Origin: an uncultured virus (IMG/VR IMGVR_UViG_3300015245_000036)
Taxonomy: Duplodnaviria > Heunggongvirae > Uroviricota > Caudoviricetes
IMG/VR virus record: IMGVR_UViG_3300015245_000036
Length of the DNA: 64,000 bases
Direction: 5' to 3' (one strand)
In this document: positions 28,362 to 36,734 of the stretch, one piece after another
Position numbering within the stretch: the stretch's first letter is position 1
Layout of the letters: each line of letters starts with the position of its first letter
The notes under the pieces: model-generated
Seen by the model: the letters and a program-made list of their open reading frames with translations, nothing else
Database searches by the model: none
Told to the model about the DNA's origin: nothing
Translations under genes and position numbers: made by a program

Positions 28362-31300
28362 GCGAGTTCTCGTCCAGCCTCCCGCACGGCGCCGCCGCGC
28401 TCGTATATATCAACGGGATCGAAGTGCCCGTGGTCCGCGTCTCGCGGAGGTACGGTGTCTGGCAGGTGCCCGAGGTCCAGGTCTCGATGGTGCCCGACCC
28501 CGTGCTCACGCGACTCGGCGCCGAAGACCGCGTGCAGCTCGAAGTGTTCTACCTCGACGACACCGCCGTCGACCCGAGCGTCGTCCCCCAGTTCCGCCTG
28601 TGGTTCGACGGTGAGATCACCGGATGGGGATATCAGAGCCTGTCCTCCGGTCGCGTCATCACCCTGACCGCGGTCGCTCAGATCGCGATCTTCACGCAGC
28701 TGTTCGTCCAGTTCCTGACGACGTTCGACGATCTGCTCGGACACAGCACGCTGCCCGGCGCGGACGCGACCGGCATCGGCGTCCCAACCAGCCAAATCGT
28801 GTTTCCGTTCTCGCTGTTCAAGCAGGGCTTGATCTCGGGAGGCGGGCTCGCGCAGGACGCCTCGTCCATCGTCCGCCCGTTCGACTTCCTGTACAACGTG
28901 ATCCGCAACATGATCGGGGCTCAGGTCCCGCACGAGCAGCAGACGATCCCGGCGGCGAACTTCTTCTCCCGGTGGTCGCGTCTCACCAACTTCCACAACC
29001 GATTTGTTGCTTCGCCGTTCTTCGATGAGATAGTCGACAACCCCAACATCTTCCCGGTCCTTCGCGCCCTACAAAACGTCTCGGCCGTCGACACCATCGC
29101 CAGGAACCTCATTCCTAACGTGCAGAACTCCGGGTCCATATGGGACATGCTCCAGCTGGTCTTTCAGACCATGCTGTTCGAGATCGCGATGGTCCCGTCG
29201 ATGCCGCTGGTCGCGACGTCTCTTGCGAGCGGCCTGGTGCAGCAGACCAACTTCTCCGATCACGTCCTCGCGTTCGACCCCGCGCGGATCCCGAACGGCG
29301 CGTTCGTCGCGGCCCTGGCCGGCGAGAGCCGGAAGGCCACGCCGCGCAGGATACCGAGTTACTTCCCCAAGCCGCAGACCCTGTTCGGCATCGCACCGAG
29401 CTGCAACGTGATCTTCCCGTCGCAGCTGGTCGCGCTCGCGTACGACGAGAACTACGCGACCCAACCGACAAGGCTCTACTTCAACGACGAGACGCTGCTC
29501 AACCTGCTCCGCATCCCGCGTGGCGGGTACAGGGAGACCGTGCACAACGCGCTGACGATCGCCTACCCGCCGGAGGCCGATGCGGCAATGCACGCGCGAG
29601 CGCGCGGGGGCGGCAAGCTCAACGGAAAGAACCTGCTGCTGTGGCCCGAGGAATTCTTCAAGGGCCCCGTGCTCGACCGCAGGGACGTCCCACCGTGGCT
29701 GTTCTTTCTCAAGCAGAGCGAGCTGATGAGCACGCCGCCCACGGGTCGAACGGCGGACGGCGCGGTGGAGACGCCGCCGGCGCCCGCGCGCACGCCGCAG
29801 GTTCCAGCGCCGGCCGCGGTCTCCGTTCCCGCGGGCACGATGGTCACCGCGGGTCGCGTCGGCACGCAGGCACCCGACGGCACCCGCGTGTTCGGTCGCG
29901 CGGTCGAGAATCTTCGTCCCAAGGTCGCGCGGCTGAGCGTCGTGACCGGGATCCCCACCGACTTCCTGCTCGCCTGGATATCCCAGGAATCCGACGGGAG
30001 CATCCGCACCGTGACCCGCCTCAACGAGCGCGGCTTCTTCCAGATCATGGGTCCGCACGTCTCGGGCGGCACGGCGACGACGCTCAGGGAGTCCGAGGCG
30101 GGGATGATTGGGCTGGGGCTCGACGCGACGGGCACGGGCCCCGACGACACAAACGCGCGCCTGTCGACAGATGAGGACTTCTCGCTGCAGTCCGGTGTTA
30201 AGCTCGTGCAGTTCTACCGTCGGTTCGCGAACCGGATAGCGATCGAGCAAGGCCTGTCCTGGACCGAGGCAGACATGTGGCGACTCACCAAGCTCGGCCA
30301 CAACGGCGTCGGGTTCGCGAAGCAGACGGTTCAGGCCGCGAAGGCCGTGCTTGGCCGGGCCCCGATCTCGTGGGAGGAGATGTACAAAGCCGCGGTGCCG
30401 ACCCTGTCGGCCGGCGTGGCCAACGTCGTGAACGGGGCCACGGCTGTGGGCGGCGTGGTCGCGGGCGCCTCCGGAGCGATGATCACCAAGAGCGATCCCC
30501 GCCCGACGAGGGCTCCCGTCGCGACGACGGCGCCGAGAACATCGACGGACGTTGTGTCCACGCTCGTGGCGCCTCAGGTTCCCGCTGCGGCGCCGCAGGT
30601 CAGCGAATCCGTAACCGCGTCGCTCGAGAGCGCGGAGACGGTTTATCAGCTCTACGCCAAATACGAATTCTTTCGCGAGCGGTACGCCAAGCGGTCGGGC
30701 TCAGCGCAGATCGCGTGGAACCCGTACGTCGTCGCCGGCTTCCCCGCTGTTATCTTCGACCACCGATCGTCCCGCGTCGACATCGCGTGCTACGTGACGA
30801 CCGTGCAGGACGTCATCGACCTCAGCGCGACCTCAGCGCGAAAGTCGACGACGATATCGTTCCTATACGGGCGCCAGCTGCAGGAGATGTTCGACCTCAT
30901 GGCCCGGCAGTTCGCCGACGGCGAGGCGTCGGCGGGCTCGGCGCCGGCCGAGCCCATCCGGGACGTGCGCAAGGTCATCCAGTCATTCTCCCAGGCGGAG
31001 ACCTACTACCAGCGGCTGTTCTACGGCGGGCAGCCCTTGTTCAATAAGGACGCGGCATTCGACTTCCGCAAGATCATCGGATACGCGCCCGACGTCGCCG
31101 GCGGCTCTCCGGTCACAATATTCGTGGATGGTCCCGAAGAGGCTGATCAGGACGACCTCGCGACGGCGCAGGTCCAGCTTGCGCAGCTGACCAGCGATCG
31201 AGCGGACAAGACCGCGCAGCTGGCGAGCGTCAGCGCCGGGCTCTCCACGGCGTCCGCGCAGGCCGCCGCCCTGAACGCGACCGCGTCCAACACCGCAGCG

Positions 31301-31936
31301 ACGCAGCTGGCCGCGCTGGGCAGGCTGGTGTCCGACGGCGCGACCATGGTCTCGCAGCTGCGCGCCGACCTGGTAGCCATCGACGCCAGGATCCAGAAGG
31401 CGCTCTCCGTGATTCAGTCCACCCAGGACGTCACGCGCACCGCGCAGGTCACGCACAACCTGGTCGGCAATCGCGAGCTGGTCCCGCTGGCCTCCGCAGC
31501 GCCCCTGTTCAGCGGATACGACGACGCGATGCGGTACGCGTGGCGACCGATATGCACACTCGACGAGTACGTCGTGTTCCACGACGCCGCGGGTGAGGGC
31601 TTGGTTTCCGCGGCCGGCGCCGCGGGTAGTCTCGGCGCGACCTACTACTCGAGGATTCGTCGGACGACCGCGCCGACGAGCGAGGAGCAAGCCTCGCTTC
31701 GCGCGCCCGGCGGCGCCGACGGCCTGACGCCGGCGCAGGCAGCGACGGATCCGCAGGTCGCGGCGCGGCTCGGAGCAACGGACGCGGTCACCGGCCAGTC
31801 AGCGCAGGTCCCGTCGATAGCGGCCACCGTTCCCGGCCTGACCAACGCGAGCTTCCCACAGGTCCGCGCGGACTGGGATCAGGCCCTCCTGGCCTACCGC
31901 GCCAACGTTCGCTCGGTAAAGGCGCCTCGCACATGA
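28358..31936 (+). CDS. Baseplate hub-like protein with an internal lytic transglycosylase (SLT) domain
   Basis: GIPTDFLLAWISQESDG...RGFFQIM...HNG SLT motifs between Pro/Ala/Thr linkers; hub-like beta-rich ends. Confidence 0.65.
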   Translation: MSEFSSSLPHGAAALVYINGIEVPVVRVSRRYGVWQVPEVQVSMVPDPVLTRLGAEDRVQLEVFYLDDTAVDPSVVPQFRLWFDGEITGWGYQSLSSGRVITLTAVAQIAIFTQLFVQFLTTFDDLLGHSTLPGADATGIGVPTSQIVFPFSLFKQGLISGGGLAQDASSIVRPFDFLYNVIRNMIGAQVPHEQQTIPAANFFSRWSRLTNFHNRFVASPFFDEIVDNPNIFPVLRALQNVSAVDTIARNLIPNVQNSGSIWDMLQLVFQTMLFEIAMVPSMPLVATSLASGLVQQTNFSDHVLAFDPARIPNGAFVAALAGESRKATPRRIPSYFPKPQTLFGIAPSCNVIFPSQLVALAYDENYATQPTRLYFNDETLLNLLRIPRGGYRETVHNALTIAYPPEADAAMHARARGGGKLNGKNLLLWPEEFFKGPVLDRRDVPPWLFFLKQSELMSTPPTGRTADGAVETPPAPARTPQVPAPAAVSVPAGTMVTAGRVGTQAPDGTRVFGRAVENLRPKVARLSVVTGIPTDFLLAWISQESDGSIRTVTRLNERGFFQIMGPHVSGGTATTLRESEAGMIGLGLDATGTGPDDTNARLSTDEDFSLQSGVKLVQFYRRFANRIAIEQGLSWTEADMWRLTKLGHNGVGFAKQTVQAAKAVLGRAPISWEEMYKAAVPTLSAGVANVVNGATAVGGVVAGASGAMITKSDPRPTRAPVATTAPRTSTDVVSTLVAPQVPAAAPQVSESVTASLESAETVYQLYAKYEFFRERYAKRSGSAQIAWNPYVVAGFPAVIFDHRSSRVDIACYVTTVQDVIDLSATSARKSTTISFLYGRQLQEMFDLMARQFADGEASAGSAPAEPIRDVRKVIQSFSQAETYYQRLFYGGQPLFNKDAAFDFRKIIGYAPDVAGGSPVTIFVDGPEEADQDDLATAQVQLAQLTSDRADKTAQLASVSAGLSTASAQAAALNATASNTAATQLAALGRLVSDGATMVSQLRADLVAIDARIQKALSVIQSTQDVTRTAQVTHNLVGNRELVPLASAAPLFSGYDDAMRYAWRPICTLDEYVVFHDAAGEGLVSAAGAAGSLGATYYSRIRRTTAPTSEEQASLRAPGGADGLTPAQAATDPQVAARLGATDAVTGQSAQVPSIAATVPGLTNASFPQVRADWDQALLAYRANVRSVKAPRT

Positions 31937-32688
31937 CGCTCGACAGGATCGCTAGGCTGGCCAAAGCCGCCAACGAGACGAAGGCCGAGCGCGACATCGT
32001 GCTGTGGCGCGCGTGGAAGAAGAATCCCTCGGACGCCGCGGCCTCGGCGCTGCTTGCCCAAGTCTCGCCCCTGATCGCGCGCGAGGCGTCAAAGTGGGAC
32101 CAGACGATGGCTCGCCCGCTGCTCGAGACCGAAGGCAAGCGCCTGGCGATGCAGGCGTTCCACGGCTACGACCCCGGAAAGGGCGCGGCCCTCGGCACCC
32201 ATCTCGTTAACCAGCTTCAGCGGATGAGCCGGCTCGTGTACGCGAATCAGAACGTCGCCCGGCTGCCCGAAAACAAGATGCTGTGGTTCCACGCCTACCA
32301 CAAGGCAAGCGCGCGCCTGGGGGACGAGCTTGGTCGCTCGCCGACCACCGACGAGATGGCGGACGAGCTGGGATGGTCGATCCCCCGCGTCGAGGAGTTC
32401 CGGCGATCGATCAGCCGGCGCGAGCTGCTCGAGTCCGGCGGTCACGACGACTCCGGCGCCTCCGGGCTGCACGAGGACGAGCGACAGGACCACACGTTGG
32501 ACTTCGTGCACCACGGCCTGCCGCCGGTCCAGAAGGCAATCTTCGAGCATCTGACGGGGTACGCAGGATCGGAAATACTATCCAATCAAGGGATTCAAAA
32601 AAAGCTCGGCTTGACTCAAGGGATTTACTCGTACCAGAAGGCGAAGTTGATCGAGCACGTCTCGAACGTGCAGAAGGGAAAGCGATGA
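31933..32688 (+). CDS. Sigma70-family (FliA/SigF-like) sigma factor
   Basis: AFHGYDPGKGAALGTH (region 2), RLPE, ELGRSPTTDEMADELGWS (region 3), C-terminal HTH. Confidence 0.8.
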   Translation: MTLDRIARLAKAANETKAERDIVLWRAWKKNPSDAAASALLAQVSPLIAREASKWDQTMARPLLETEGKRLAMQAFHGYDPGKGAALGTHLVNQLQRMSRLVYANQNVARLPENKMLWFHAYHKASARLGDELGRSPTTDEMADELGWSIPRVEEFRRSISRRELLESGGHDDSGASGLHEDERQDHTLDFVHHGLPPVQKAIFEHLTGYAGSEILSNQGIQKKLGLTQGIYSYQKAKLIEHVSNVQKGKR

Positions 32689-32903
32689 GCCTGCTTGGCC
32701 TGCTCAACTTCGTCGTGCTGCAGTGGTTCTGCGTGCGCCTCGAGGTGTCGTTCACAGGTGTATGTCCGCCGGGCGCGAAACATCGCTGGTGGGACCGTGA
32801 GATCGCCGTCGGTGACCCCAACGTGTCGTTCTCGCTGCTCCGCTGGATCGTTCCGCTAACCGGCTGGTGGTCGTCGTACCGTCGGATCGGAGCGCGCCGA
32901 TGA
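32685..32903 (+). CDS. Small hypothetical protein
   Basis: ATGA-coupled on both sides (MSLLGLLNF...). Confidence 0.5.
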   Translation: MSLLGLLNFVVLQWFCVRLEVSFTGVCPPGAKHRWWDREIAVGDPNVSFSLLRWIVPLTGWWSSYRRIGARR

Positions 32904-33997
32904 CCGCGTCACCGACCGACCGCAGCGCCGTCGCACCTGCAGAGCGCCCACAGGACGACGTCGCGCTTCGCTTGCAGCGCGCCGCCGCGACTCTGGCCGC
33001 CCGGAAGGGGACCGACCTTAATCAGACGGTTCCCGCACTCGAGTACGATCCCACCACGGGTCGGCGATTCTTCGACACCACGCCCGTTCCCCTGCGTCGC
33101 CTGCTGGGCTCGCCGCTGGCCAAGACCGGCAAGTTCGCGCAGGGACCGGGACGCGAACGCAGGCTGTCCGGCGGCTGGGGCGACCCTCGATCGTTCTCGT
33201 ACGATCCTCACGTCAGCACGAATTCGCGACACCAGGGCCTCGACTTCATGGCACCCGCCGGCGAGGCGGTGCTCTCGTGCGGCGACGGCATCGTGTCGTT
33301 CGCTGGGTTCCAGTCGCGCAAGGGCGCGGTGGGCGTCGATGGCGCGCACGCCGACGCGAGCAACAACGTGCTCGATAAGACGGATAGCGTAATCGCTCTG
33401 ATCGACCAGGTCGGGTTCGGAGGGATCGCCGTGCACGTCAAGCACAACGGCGACTTCGAGGGCTACCGCACTGAGTACTACCACCTGTCGAGCGTCACGG
33501 TTCGTGAGGGGCAGCGCGTCAGCGAGGGCCAGCAGATCGGCACGATTGGAAGCACCGGCGTGAGGGGCATCGGACCGCACCTTCACTTCCAGGTCGCGCT
33601 GGTCGCCGCGGGGACCTCGGCGCTGGTCAGGCCCACCGCGCTCGTCCCCAACTACTGGCCGGGGCACGCGGACGCGACCATCGCGGCGACGCCCGGGCAA
33701 GTCGCGCCACCGTCGCCGACCATCGGGCTGGCGCCCGCGGGGTCGCAGATCGCCACAGGGGCCGCGACGGCGCAGACGCAGGCGTCGGACCGCGCCACCG
33801 CGATGCAGAACCAGGGCGTGGCGGATATCAAGCGCAACCAGGCGCGTCACGACGACATGATGGAGACGCGGCTGGGCGCGTACCAAGGCGGGCTGTACGC
33901 AACCGTGGCCGCCTTCCAGGGCGGCGGGGCCGTGGTGACCTCGCCGATGACGTTCAACTTCGACACCGGGACGTGGAGCGACGGGAGCCCCTTATGA
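32900..33997 (+). CDS. M23-family peptidoglycan endopeptidase
   Basis: HQGLDF, YYHL, GSTG...GPHLHF. Confidence 0.88.
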   Translation: MTASPTDRSAVAPAERPQDDVALRLQRAAATLAARKGTDLNQTVPALEYDPTTGRRFFDTTPVPLRRLLGSPLAKTGKFAQGPGRERRLSGGWGDPRSFSYDPHVSTNSRHQGLDFMAPAGEAVLSCGDGIVSFAGFQSRKGAVGVDGAHADASNNVLDKTDSVIALIDQVGFGGIAVHVKHNGDFEGYRTEYYHLSSVTVREGQRVSEGQQIGTIGSTGVRGIGPHLHFQVALVAAGTSALVRPTALVPNYWPGHADATIAATPGQVAPPSPTIGLAPAGSQIATGAATAQTQASDRATAMQNQGVADIKRNQARHDDMMETRLGAYQGGLYATVAAFQGGGAVVTSPMTFNFDTGTWSDGSPL

Positions 33998-33999
33998 AG

Positions 34000-34069
34000 C
34001 TAATTTGGCCCATCCTTATATTTATAATTGGCTTTGGCAGTATTGCTTTGAGCAGAATTATAGCTCGCC
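34000..34069 (+). promoter_or_regulatory. AT-rich intergenic island, probable promoter
   Basis: ccttatatttataattgg in GC-rich DNA ahead of the baseplate genes. Confidence 0.4.
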
Positions 34070-34525
34070 GTGGCGAATAGATTCGACGTCAACATCCAGA
34101 TCGTACCAGCCACGGCCTACCAGGGCATGGCGTTCTACTCGTTCGGCCAAAAAAGATCCCTCGGCGTTCGGGGCATCAATAAACTGGTGAACATGTTTGC
34201 GCGGTACCTCCTGACCCCGATCGGCACCGACTCGGTCGACTTGTCCTTCGGCACCGTGCTGCCAGGCCTGATCGGGTCCAACGTCGCACTCACCGACGCT
34301 CAGGAGGTCCTTCAGGCCTCCGTGACCGCCACGACCGACGCTATCCACGCGTTCCAGGCCGGACGCGGCAGCGTTCCCGACGACGAGCGGCTGGCCACCG
34401 CTGAGGTCACCCGGTTCATTTTGATCGAAGAGGCACCGGGGTTCGCCGCGCAGATCTTGATTCGCAACACGGCAAACGAGACGATGCCCCTCGTCCTACC
34501 CTCGCTATCGGTGGTGTCCCCATGA
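34070..34525 (+). CDS. gp25-like baseplate wedge protein
   Basis: GINKLVN...LLTPIGTD...FGT...DERL. Confidence 0.7.
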   Translation: MANRFDVNIQIVPATAYQGMAFYSFGQKRSLGVRGINKLVNMFARYLLTPIGTDSVDLSFGTVLPGLIGSNVALTDAQEVLQASVTATTDAIHAFQAGRGSVPDDERLATAEVTRFILIEEAPGFAAQILIRNTANETMPLVLPSLSVVSP

Positions 34526-36498
34526 CCCAGGTCGTAGTTGGATCAGCCGACGTCACGCTCGCGGCCAATTTTCTCGAACAGTTTCTGACTGACCAAGTGC
34601 CCGAGGGTGATTTTACACAGGGGACCGCGCTCCGGGATCTCACGGTCAAGGCCCTTGCCGCGGTTGTGGCCTTCATGCGCAAGGACGCCTCGCTCGGGCT
34701 CCAGCTCCGGTCGCTGGTCACGGTCAAGAACGCGATCGGTTCTGACGTCGACGCGGTGACCGACGCGGTGACCGCAATCCTGTCCAACTTCTTCGTCACA
34801 CCCAAGGCTGGGCGGAAGTCCCGGGGTTTCGTCGTCGGGCACGCGTCGCGACAGGTCGATATCTTCGTTCCCACCACGACCCGATTCACCTACAGCCAAG
34901 GCTTGGTGTTCGTGGTCGACAGTGCCGACGTGCTCCTCGTGCCGGCGGCCCAGCTGGTGCCGATCATCGACGCCGACAATGCCGTGCTCGATTACGAGTT
35001 CCGCATCCCGCTGGTCGCCACGCAGACGGGCGCGGCGTACAACGTCGACCCGTCGTTGTTCTCGGACTTCGATCGGTTCAGCCCCTACGTCACGCGGATC
35101 GAGAGCACGGCGAAGTTCTCGGGCGGCAGCGGCCAGGAGACCGTCGACGAGATCCTGGAGCGCGCGCCCACCGCGGTGTCGGTCCGCAACCTCATCAACG
35201 ACCGATCCATCGACGCGACCCTGAACGACAACTTCGACGGGATTGACAGCCTGATCGTGGTCGGGTTCGGGGACCCCGAGATGCAGCGCGACCTCATCCC
35301 GGGGATCGCGCCACACCTCCGGTTGCACGTCGGGGGAATGACCGACGTGTACCTGCGCACCGCGCTGACGGAGACCGAGTTCGTGGGCACCATCGGGGAT
35401 CTGTTCGCGCGCCCTGACGGCGTGGCCTGCATGTTCCGCGACGCCTCGGCGGATTTCACCGACTCGCCGGCCGTGCAGCCCGGCGACATCGTTCGCGTCA
35501 CGGCCGGGATCCCGACGACACCAAGCGAGTTTCTCATCATCGAGGTCTACGACGCGAACACGCTGATCGTTAGCGAGCGTTCGCCGTTTCCCCTGGCCAC
35601 CGACGAGGCCAATCCCCCGACGACTGTGTCGTACGTCATCGGACGCATCGGCCCGTCCTATAACGATATCCGTGCTGACGTGGGCGGCGCCCCGCTCGTC
35701 ACCGGGGTGACGTCCCGTCGGATAAATCGGCAAGGCCGAATCGTCTTGCCCGGTGGCCCTGTGATGGACGTGCTTGACGTTGCGATCACCAACCCTCCGA
35801 TCGGCGAGGCGGCGTTCAAGAGCACCCTCGACGGCTTCGTTCACTTCCCGAACCAGGTGAACGTCGCGCCGTCCGACGTCGCCACTCCGGACGCCGGGCT
35901 CCAGTTCCAAACCATCGTGCACGGACCCGCGTACGCCCAGAGCGCTCTGCAGTGGATGGACGTCGTGGTGGGCACCGATGACCAGCCGGCTCGATTCGAC
36001 GGACTGCTTCTTCGGGTTCGCTACCGGACCCTGGCGTCCTTCGCGGCGATCGACTCGTTCGTCCGCGGCCGCCGGGAGCGCGTGACCGCCGCGTTCCAGC
36101 TCCCGCGGGGACACCATCCCGTGGTCGTCCGCATGCACGTCCGCTACACGCTGAAGACCACGGCCATCGCCACCCTGAGCAACGACAACATCGCCCAGTC
36201 CATCGTTGACTTCGTCAACGGGTTCGACACCACGGCCAATCCGATCGATGTGTCCGCCGTGACGCAACTCGTGCGCAACACGTACCCCGACGTCGGCCCG
36301 ATCGAGCCGATCACCATCGAGTACGACCTTCGCGCCCCGACAGGAGACGTGATGTCCTACCAGACCACCGACGTCGTCAGGGCCGTCCCCGAGCGGCAAG
36401 TCTCGGGACCCGCGCTCGACCTAGATACGCTCGGCGTCACCAACCAGACGCTGCGCTACATCGCTAACTCCGCCGGCATCACGGTCGAGGCCCTGTGA
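34522..36498 (+). CDS. Baseplate J-like protein
   Basis: GTALRDL, GAAYNV, FSGGSGQET..I..R, HVGG.TDVY. Confidence 0.75.
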   Translation: MTQVVVGSADVTLAANFLEQFLTDQVPEGDFTQGTALRDLTVKALAAVVAFMRKDASLGLQLRSLVTVKNAIGSDVDAVTDAVTAILSNFFVTPKAGRKSRGFVVGHASRQVDIFVPTTTRFTYSQGLVFVVDSADVLLVPAAQLVPIIDADNAVLDYEFRIPLVATQTGAAYNVDPSLFSDFDRFSPYVTRIESTAKFSGGSGQETVDEILERAPTAVSVRNLINDRSIDATLNDNFDGIDSLIVVGFGDPEMQRDLIPGIAPHLRLHVGGMTDVYLRTALTETEFVGTIGDLFARPDGVACMFRDASADFTDSPAVQPGDIVRVTAGIPTTPSEFLIIEVYDANTLIVSERSPFPLATDEANPPTTVSYVIGRIGPSYNDIRADVGGAPLVTGVTSRRINRQGRIVLPGGPVMDVLDVAITNPPIGEAAFKSTLDGFVHFPNQVNVAPSDVATPDAGLQFQTIVHGPAYAQSALQWMDVVVGTDDQPARFDGLLLRVRYRTLASFAAIDSFVRGRRERVTAAFQLPRGHHPVVVRMHVRYTLKTTAIATLSNDNIAQSIVDFVNGFDTTANPIDVSAVTQLVRNTYPDVGPIEPITIEYDLRAPTGDVMSYQTTDVVRAVPERQVSGPALDLDTLGVTNQTLRYIANSAGITVEAL

Positions 36499-36734
36499 TG
36501 ATTGACTGCATGACATGCCTTTGTGTCGAAGCCCATTGCCCCTCCTCGTGGACGCACGTCGACAACGTCGGCATCACGCATGGGTTCGTCGAAGGGACGG
36601 CGAGCGACCCGAGTTTCTCGCTGTCATCCAAGCTTTGTGAATTGAATCTATACGAGGGTGAGCCGCTCCCTGTTTGGGGATTCCGGGCAGTGGATGAGGT
36701 GTTCGTCATAAGGACGTCTGATGCCCATCGTTGA
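36495..36734 (+). CDS. Circularly permuted HCCC zinc-finger-like protein
   Basis: IDCMTCLC comes before DNVGITHG...LC; overlaps both flanking baseplate genes. Confidence 0.55.
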   Translation: MMIDCMTCLCVEAHCPSSWTHVDNVGITHGFVEGTASDPSFSLSSKLCELNLYEGEPLPVWGFRAVDEVFVIRTSDAHR

